Made by a program: the position numbers and the translations under genes. 9,734 nucleotides of DNA from Candidatus Iainarchaeum sp. (GTDB lineage Archaea > Iainarchaeota > Iainarchaeia > Iainarchaeales > GCA-2688035): contig JAQTNI010000044.1 in assembly GCA_028713935.1 (NCBI GenBank), positions 1 to 9,734 of the forward strand. The letters run 5' to 3'. The number at the start of each line of letters is the position of its first letter. Position 1 is the first letter of the stretch. The notes under the pieces were generated by a model. The model made no database searches. It saw nothing but the letters and a program-made list of their open reading frames with translations, and had not been told where the DNA came from. Positions 5,385-9,734 of the stretch are shown here, piece after piece.

Positions 5385-6278
5385 TTATTTGCCGCCTGAT
5401 TTTTTCAATTGCTTTTTTTCAAATTGCCTTGTTTGTTCACGCCCAAAGCCGGCAACTTTTTGGCCAGGCCTGATGCGCCCAGTCCTTGAAAGCTTAGGCC
5501 CAATGTTTTCCAGCTGTTCCCCATTAAGGCGCGCAGCAACAATCTGTTTTTCAATTGCAGTCAGGCCAGTTGCAGGGGCATCTGCAATTTCCAGAATAAT
5601 GCTCTTGACATTTTCAAAACCCTGTGCTGCAGCGGAATCCACATTTCCCCCGAGTTTTTTCAAAAAAATTTTTGCAGACCTGGGAATTGCGGCACTGTCA
5701 AACACACTGGGCCTTAAGGGTTGCGCTGAAATTACTTTTGATGGTTCTGGAAAATCCCTTGTTGTGCCTGTGCTTGTCATTGGAAACTGGAAAGCAGAAT
5801 TACTGCGCAAATGCGAAGCCTCTTCCCTGCAAAAGCGGTCCGCACCATAAGTTATCCATTTGCCGGCATCTGCTGCGCCTACCTTTGTTTTTGTTGCGGG
5901 GTCATAAAAATCAAGAGTGTCAAAAGCATTGCTTCTCAAAGTGTCAATCAAGTTCTGCAAACTGCCATAATCGTTTTTTAAAAGCCGCGATGAATTAAAC
6001 CAACGCCTGGCAACTGTTATTATTCCGGGTATGTTTTCATCAATCAACGCCAGTTTTTGTTGGGAGGAAAAAAAATTTCTGCGCTGTTTTTCGCGCAAAG
6101 CAGCCCTTGCTTGCATCTGGATTTCCCGGTTTAATTCCGGCGGCCTGATGCGATGCCTGATATTGTACTGGGTTACATAAGCATTGTGAACTTTTGCACG
6201 GCTGGCAATATCTTTTATTGGCATGCGGGTAAGGTTAAGCAAATGCCTGACAAGCCTGTCTTTCCGCCTTTCCCTCAT
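5385..6278 (-). CDS. Hypothetical DNA-binding protein with an N-terminal HTH-like motif plus sigma-70 region-2-like and region-4-like segments (divergent; function unproven)
   Basis: The track ORF begins at TTG 6284. The first ATG is 6278 (MRERRKDRLVRHLL...). Motif patterns seen: LTRMPIKDIASRAKVHNAYVTQY; LIDENIPGIITVARRWF...DYGSLQNLIDTLRSNAFDTLDFYDP...KWITYGADRFCRE; LTAIEKQIVAARLNGEQLENIGPKL...GFGREQTRQFEKKQLKK. Coding status is well supported: a 297-aa ORF with its own TATA-like box. The sigma-like label rests on pattern resemblance only. Confidence 0.7.
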   Translation of the reverse strand: MRERRKDRLVRHLLNLTRMPIKDIASRAKVHNAYVTQYNIRHRIRPPELNREIQMQARAALREKQRRNFFSSQQKLALIDENIPGIITVARRWFNSSRLLKNDYGSLQNLIDTLRSNAFDTLDFYDPATKTKVGAADAGKWITYGADRFCREEASHLRSNSAFQFPMTSTGTTRDFPEPSKVISAQPLRPSVFDSAAIPRSAKIFLKKLGGNVDSAAAQGFENVKSIILEIADAPATGLTAIEKQIVAARLNGEQLENIGPKLSRTGRIRPGQKVAGFGREQTRQFEKKQLKKSGGK

Positions 6279-6302
6279 ATGCAAATAAAATGCCCAAAAA
6301 GA

Positions 6303-6313
6303 TTATAATAAAT
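6303..6313 (-). promoter_or_regulatory. TATA-box-like element (minus strand ATTTATTATAA) for the 6278..5385 gene; its spacing implies a leaderless or near-leaderless mRNA
   Basis: The minus strand reads gctgcatATTTATTATAAtctttttgggcattttatttgcatATG. There are 24 nt between the element and the ATG, consistent with an archaeal TATA box at about -26 from the transcription start. Inference from spacing only. Confidence 0.4.
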
Positions 6314-6377
6314 ATGCAGCAGCAATGAAAGGATTATTTGAAACCAATTCCTTCAACGCTTATTGTTGCTGGTTTGT

Positions 6378-7388
6378 TTAATTCTCCTTCAACTGCAAAT
6401 TTGCATTCCAGGAATTTTCAATTATTCCGATGTTTGTCTGGCAGTGTTGTGAGAATTTTGAAACGCTTATTTCTGATTTTCCCTTTGCGAGAGCCATGAA
6501 AACAAGCAATTGGTCAGCGCAATTGGAATCAACTGCATTTCCGGATTCTAGCTCCTGCAAAAGTTTTTTTGCGGCTTCTTCGCCTACGGCCTCGGAGGGC
6601 TTGCCTTTTTCACCAAGGGCATTTGCACCTAAAACAGTGTTTTCAAAAACAGCGAAAACATCGATTGCAGAGCCAATTGTTTCTTTTCTTGCAGGGGAAG
6701 AAAACAAATGGCTTTCCCAGTCAGAATCAGAAAACTTTTCCAGCAAAGTTTTTTTTGCTGATTTTTCCTGCCTTGAAGAAACTTCAGAAGGCAGGCCGGA
6801 GGAAGAGGAAAAACATTCAAAATTTGAAAAATTTTTTGCTTTGCCAAGAACTATTGGCCTAAGAGGAAGTTTAGCAGGAGCGGATTTGAACAAAACCCTG
6901 CCCTGCCCTTTTGGAAAAAAACCCTGTGCAAGGATTTTTGCATCTGGCCTTGCGCCCATTGCCTTTAACTTTGGAAACACGGCTTTTTGCAAAAAACAAA
7001 TGCTTGGCGCAAAGGCAACATCAGTGCCTCCAATAACATGAAAATCCAGCCGTGTTTTCAATGCCAGTGGAAGCAATTGCTGCAAAAAAAGCGAAATTGC
7101 CCCTGCAGTGCCAATGTTCACATTGAATTTTTCAGGCCTGACCTGCCCAGGAGAAAAAAAAATTTCTTTGCCCTGCAAAAAATTTCCTTTAACCTTTGCT
7201 TTTGAAAGCGCTGCAATTGCATTGACTGCCGCAAGATGTTGGGGTTTAAGGCCTGGCTCTGGCCTTGCTGAACGCACATTAAAAATGTGCACAGGCTTTT
7301 CAAGCAAAACTGACAAGGCAAGCGAAGAGCGCAGAACCTGGCCTCCAGCTTCTCCCTGTGAAGCATCAATTTCAAGAAATTCCTGCAT
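6378..7388 (-). CDS. rtcA: RNA 3'-terminal phosphate cyclase
   Basis: The N-terminus IDASQGEAGGQVLRSSLALSVLLEKPVHIFNVRSARPEPGLKPQHLAAV matches the RtcA signature (GGGQ.LR..LALS...P..I.NIR..R..PGL..QHL). It also has NIGTAGAISLFLQQLLP, ADQLLVFMALA and the C-terminal SQHCQTN segment (His315, nt 6444-6446). That segment aligns with the adenylylated His of characterised RtcA (E. coli SCHLLTN, from memory). GGGAG lies 4 nt upstream of the ATG. Confidence 0.93.
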   Translation of the reverse strand: MQEFLEIDASQGEAGGQVLRSSLALSVLLEKPVHIFNVRSARPEPGLKPQHLAAVNAIAALSKAKVKGNFLQGKEIFFSPGQVRPEKFNVNIGTAGAISLFLQQLLPLALKTRLDFHVIGGTDVAFAPSICFLQKAVFPKLKAMGARPDAKILAQGFFPKGQGRVLFKSAPAKLPLRPIVLGKAKNFSNFECFSSSSGLPSEVSSRQEKSAKKTLLEKFSDSDWESHLFSSPARKETIGSAIDVFAVFENTVLGANALGEKGKPSEAVGEEAAKKLLQELESGNAVDSNCADQLLVFMALAKGKSEISVSKFSQHCQTNIGIIENSWNANLQLKEN

Positions 7389-7422
7389 AAAACTCCCAGA
7401 TAAATCAAATTTTGACCATTAC

Positions 7423-7432
7423 AAATAATAAT
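7423..7432 (+). promoter_or_regulatory. AT-rich TATA-like element (AAATAATAAT) in the 65-bp divergent rtcA/epimerase intergenic region
   Basis: It lies 21 nt upstream of the epimerase ATG (7454), which has no SD-like element. This is compatible with a leaderless transcript. The same element is about 35-45 nt from the rtcA ATG on the other strand. Function is inferred. Confidence 0.35.
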
Positions 7433-7453
7433 CCTAATTTGCAATATGTTTTA

Positions 7454-8356
7454 ATGCGGGTTTTAATTACAGGGAGCAGCGGTTTTATAGGCAGAGCCCT
7501 TGCAAAAGAATTGCTTCAGAAAGGATTTGAAGTAAGGGAATTTGACCTTGCCCTTGGAAACGATTTGCTTTCTTCTAAGCAGTGCGAAGAAGCCGCAAAA
7601 GGCTCTGACATTGTGTTTCACCTTGCAGCAATAATTGACGAATCAAACCCGAAAATGAATGAAATAAACGTGAGTGGCACAAAAAACATTCTGGAAGCAA
7701 GCGTAAAGGCGCGTGTCAAGCAATTCATTTTTTTGGGAAGCGCTGGCGTGCATGGAAAGGCAAGGGGAATTGTAAATGAAAATTCTGAAATTTTGCCTGA
7801 CACAAAATATGAGAAAAGCAAGGCAGAGGCAGAAAAGCTTGTTCTTGATTTGCAGGAAATAATGCACATTACAATAATACGGTCTGCCCTTGTAATGGGG
7901 CCAAACAGGGAATGGCAGGGCATAATAAAAATGATTGCAAAACAAATGCCCTTGCCTGGCAATGGAAAAAACATGTTCCAGACAATTTACATTAAAGACC
8001 TTGTTTCCGCATTGTTGTTTGCCGCAAATAACAACAATTGCTTTGGGGAAATTTTTATTGTAGCGGGAAAAGAAAGGCCAACTCTCATGGAATTAGTTGA
8101 AAGTATTAGAAAAAAAATCGGGCTTGAGGGAAAAACAAAAACAGCCCCTGTTCAGATTGCAAAAAGCGCTTCACTCTTAAACCTGGTGAAAAACAGGCTT
8201 CTTGGAAAAAAAAGCCTTTTCGAGCCGGCATACATAAACAGGGTTTTGCATGAAAGAAATTATGACACTGGCAAAATAAATTCGCTTGGATGGCAGCCGA
8301 AATATTCAATAGAAACTGCCTTAAATGAAACTTTGGAAGAAATAAAAAACAAGTGA
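7454..8356 (+). CDS. NAD-dependent epimerase/dehydratase (extended SDR family)
   Basis: N-terminal Rossmann motif MRVLITGSSGFIGRALAKELL (GxxGxxG). Catalytic YxxxK in DTKYEKSKAEAE. The HLAA and GS(A)GVHG strands are typical of extended SDRs. The track ORF starts at TTG 7412, but the ATG at 7454 places the Gly motif at the usual N-terminal position. Sugar or nucleotide specificity is not inferable. Confidence 0.9.
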   Translation: MRVLITGSSGFIGRALAKELLQKGFEVREFDLALGNDLLSSKQCEEAAKGSDIVFHLAAIIDESNPKMNEINVSGTKNILEASVKARVKQFIFLGSAGVHGKARGIVNENSEILPDTKYEKSKAEAEKLVLDLQEIMHITIIRSALVMGPNREWQGIIKMIAKQMPLPGNGKNMFQTIYIKDLVSALLFAANNNNCFGEIFIVAGKERPTLMELVESIRKKIGLEGKTKTAPVQIAKSASLLNLVKNRLLGKKSLFEPAYINRVLHERNYDTGKINSLGWQPKYSIETALNETLEEIKNK

Positions 8357-8361
8357 GAAAA

Positions 8362-8826
8362 ATGTGGCACCCTTTCAGGAAAGCTGTTTCTGCATATGCC
8401 AATTGGAGGGCAAAGCCAAGCCAGCCAAATTTGAACAAGCCACAGCAAGCAGTTATAAAAAAGGCAGAAACCCAAGCAAGGCGCCCTGCGCCAACCGCGC
8501 CTGTCAATAACGGAGAAATTCATATATATGCTGAACACAAAAAAGATTTGCTCAGATTGCCTGTTCTAGACCCTGATTTTATCCGGGCTTGTGATGAAAG
8601 AAGAACAGACCCAAAAACAAAACCGCCTTACCAGGATATTTTTGCAAAAATGTTTGGAGAGTTTATACGCTCGCCTGAAGATGTTTGGGTAAGGGCCAGA
8701 AAAACTTTTGGAACAAAAAAAATGGAAATAGGCGCCATGGATGCAACAATGGACAAAAAAATTGCTTTGGCACACACTGCCATTGAACAAATTTTTGTTT
8801 TTGTAATGCGTGAAAAAAGAAAATGA
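8362..8826 (+). CDS. Hypothetical protein (154 aa); the N-terminal third is Pro/Gln/Ala-rich and basic
   Basis: The track ORF starts at GTG 8353, overlapping the epimerase stop. The first ATG is 8362 (MWHPFRKAVSAYANWRAKPSQPNLNKPQQAVIKKAETQARRPAPTAPV...). There is no hydrophobic segment and no recognisable motif. It is co-oriented and 5 nt from the epimerase stop. Confidence 0.62.
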   Translation: MWHPFRKAVSAYANWRAKPSQPNLNKPQQAVIKKAETQARRPAPTAPVNNGEIHIYAEHKKDLLRLPVLDPDFIRACDERRTDPKTKPPYQDIFAKMFGEFIRSPEDVWVRARKTFGTKKMEIGAMDATMDKKIALAHTAIEQIFVFVMREKRK

Positions 8827-8842
8827 AATTTAAGAAGAACTG

Positions 8843-8847
8843 TTTTT
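8843..8847 (+). terminator. Oligo-T tract in the 19-nt gap between the convergent genes 8362..8826 and GGGP synthase
   Basis: ctgtttttattgcc has a T5 run 17 nt after the plus-strand stop. On the minus strand a T-rich run (cattttcttttttc, complement of 8809-8822) follows the GGGPS stop. Function as a termination signal is inferred. Confidence 0.2.
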
Positions 8848-9634
8848 ATTGCCTTGTTTTGCCTGCTTTTTCCGCTGATTTTACAAGGCCTGAAAGAATT
8901 TTTTCGGCTAATTTCAAATCTCCGTTTGTCCTTTCTATTGCTGCGCCCACATGCACAATGCTTGCGCCTGCTTCAACTGTGTCAAAAATTTGTTTTTCTG
9001 TTTTGACTCCGCCTGCAACAACAATCGGCACTGAAACAAGCCTTGCAGCTGCCTTGATAAGTGCAGGAGGCACTGGCTCTGGAGCTCCGCCGCCTGCTTC
9101 GAGAATAATGAAATGTGAGCCCATGTATTGCCCTGCAAGGGCAGTTGCACCAGCAAGATAAGGAATGGTCCTTGGAATAAGATGCGCCCTTCCAACATGG
9201 CCAACAGCCATTCCAGGCTCAACAATGATATAAGAAGTCGGGATAACCTCAAGCTTCATTCTTTGAATCGGCATTGAGGAAACAATCTGCGCCCCTGACA
9301 AATAATAAGGGTCAGTGGAATTAAGCATTGACATGAAATAAATTGCATCTGCCTTTTCATTCAGTGTTGCAATGTTTCCAGGAAACAAAACAACTGGCAA
9401 TGAACAGTTCTTTTTTATTTCAAGAATTGTCTGCTCAAGAAGCAGGCCCTGCGCACCAATGCTTCCGCCGACAGCAATTCCCGCAACACCAGCTTTTTCG
9501 GCAACCTTTGCAAGCTGCCCAGCAATTTCAGGCTTCTGGTTTGGAGGGTCTAAAACCAAAAAAACAATGCCTTTTCTCTCTTCAATCATTGCAAGGATTC
9601 TTTTGTATGTTTTGCCAAAATGCTCTGGTTCCAT
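8846..9634 (-). CDS. Geranylgeranylglyceryl phosphate synthase (GGGPS/PcrB family; archaeal ether-lipid biosynthesis)
   Basis: TIM-barrel prenyltransferase pattern: VFLVLDPPNQ near the N-terminus, GVAGIAVGGS, PVVLFPGN, then the C-terminal phosphate-binding region FIILEAGGGAPEPVPPALIKAAARLVSVPIVVAGGVKTEKQIFDTVEAGASIVHVGAAIE. ATG at 9634; TAA stop at 8846-8848. Confidence 0.92.
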   Translation of the reverse strand: MEPEHFGKTYKRILAMIEERKGIVFLVLDPPNQKPEIAGQLAKVAEKAGVAGIAVGGSIGAQGLLLEQTILEIKKNCSLPVVLFPGNIATLNEKADAIYFMSMLNSTDPYYLSGAQIVSSMPIQRMKLEVIPTSYIIVEPGMAVGHVGRAHLIPRTIPYLAGATALAGQYMGSHFIILEAGGGAPEPVPPALIKAAARLVSVPIVVAGGVKTEKQIFDTVEAGASIVHVGAAIERTNGDLKLAEKILSGLVKSAEKAGKTRQ

Positions 9635-9659
9635 AACAATCAGAAAATAATTAGGATGG

Positions 9660-9672
9660 TTAATTATAAAAA
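9660..9672 (-). promoter_or_regulatory. TATA-box-like element (minus strand TTTTTATAATTAA) upstream of the GGGP synthase gene
   Basis: The minus strand reads tcaTTTTTATAATTAAccatcctaattattttctgattgttATG. The core TTTATAAT ends 28 nt before the ATG, compatible with a very short 5' UTR. Inference from spacing. Confidence 0.4.
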
Positions 9673-9734
9673 TGAATTGGGAATGGCTTCCAATGCATCC
9701 AGAATATTCTGTTTCTGGCTTCCCTGCAAAATAC

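Noticed and set aside
5389-5998. Plus-strand ORFs of 153 and 124 aa inside the sigma-like gene region
   Set aside because: The minus-strand frame is longer (297 aa), has a TATA-like box at the right distance and shows motif structure. The plus-strand products are Cys/Ser/Pro/Leu-rich with no motifs.
6510-6533. Apparent loss of the RtcA catalytic histidine: VDSNCADQ where I first expected VD.HLADQ. That would have implied an inactive, Rcl1-like cyclase.
   Set aside because: On reconsidering the E. coli sequence from memory, the adenylylated His lies further downstream in the S-C-H-L-L-T-N segment. The equivalent SQHCQTN (His315, nt 6444-6446) is present here, so the enzyme looks catalytically competent.
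6430-7444. Several ORFs overlapping rtcA: plus-strand 203, 97, 72 and 106 aa, and minus-strand off-frame 72 and 108 aa
   Set aside because: The rtcA frame has unmistakable family signatures along its whole length. The others are shadow frames.
8823-9650. Plus-strand ORFs of 112, 97 and 92 aa, and a minus-strand off-frame ORF of 105 aa, overlapping the GGGP synthase gene
   Set aside because: These are antisense or off-frame shadows of a confidently identified gene.
9664-9734. Minus-strand open frame at the right edge ending ...ILQGSQKQNILDALEAIPNSFL with TAA at 9664-9666, possibly the 3' end of a gene extending beyond the window
   Set aside because: Only 23 codons are visible, and its stop would lie inside the TATA-like box of the GGGPS gene. 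It is plausible but unsupportable from this little sequence.
1-9734. Search by eye for tRNA/rRNA genes, CRISPR repeats, IS/transposase or integrase genes, long direct or inverted repeats, and in-frame recoded stops
   Set aside because: None was found. Intergenic spaces are all under 100 nt. No T-loop-like GGTTCGAATCC-type motif occurs outside coding sequence. There are no regularly spaced repeats, and all confident genes are uninterrupted under the standard code.

Overview
This is a densely coding 9.7-kb window with no detectable mobile elements. GC is roughly 40% by hand counts on a few 60-nt stretches. It holds 12 complete ORFs plus one 5'-truncated, frame-broken gene at the left edge. Every gene I can assign to a family points to an archaeon: SRP54 with archaeal-type motifs, a FlaK/PibD-type A24 prepilin/preflagellin peptidase, geranylgeranylglyceryl-phosphate synthase, RNA 3'-phosphate cyclase, and TATA-like boxes about 21-28 nt upstream of start codons. 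Small genes, short intergenic gaps and many orphan ORFs suggest a small-genome DPANN-like lineage, but that is inference only.

Layout:
- Plus-strand block 446-5337: orphan membrane protein, Nudix hydrolase, GNAT, srp54, orphan, A24 peptidase, orphan. The genes from the Nudix hydrolase to the last orphan have gaps of 0-28 nt, including a TAATG stop/start overlap.
- Minus-strand pair: rtcA (7388-6378), then a 297-aa protein (6278-5385).
- Plus-strand pair: NAD-dependent epimerase and an orphan (7454-8826).
- Minus-strand GGGP synthase (9634-8846).

I found no rRNA, tRNA, CRISPR array, transposase or long repeat.

Most notable observations:
1. The 297-aa protein downstream of rtcA has a motif pattern resembling bacterial sigma-70 regions 2 and 4. 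This is unexpected in an archaeal context.
2. The DUF2207-like gene at the left edge needs a -1 shift exactly at an A-AAA-AAG heptamer.
3. About one third of the window encodes five proteins with no family I can recognise, interleaved with core genes.

No complete novel multi-gene system can be demonstrated from the sequence alone. All family calls are from motif recognition by eye, not searches.
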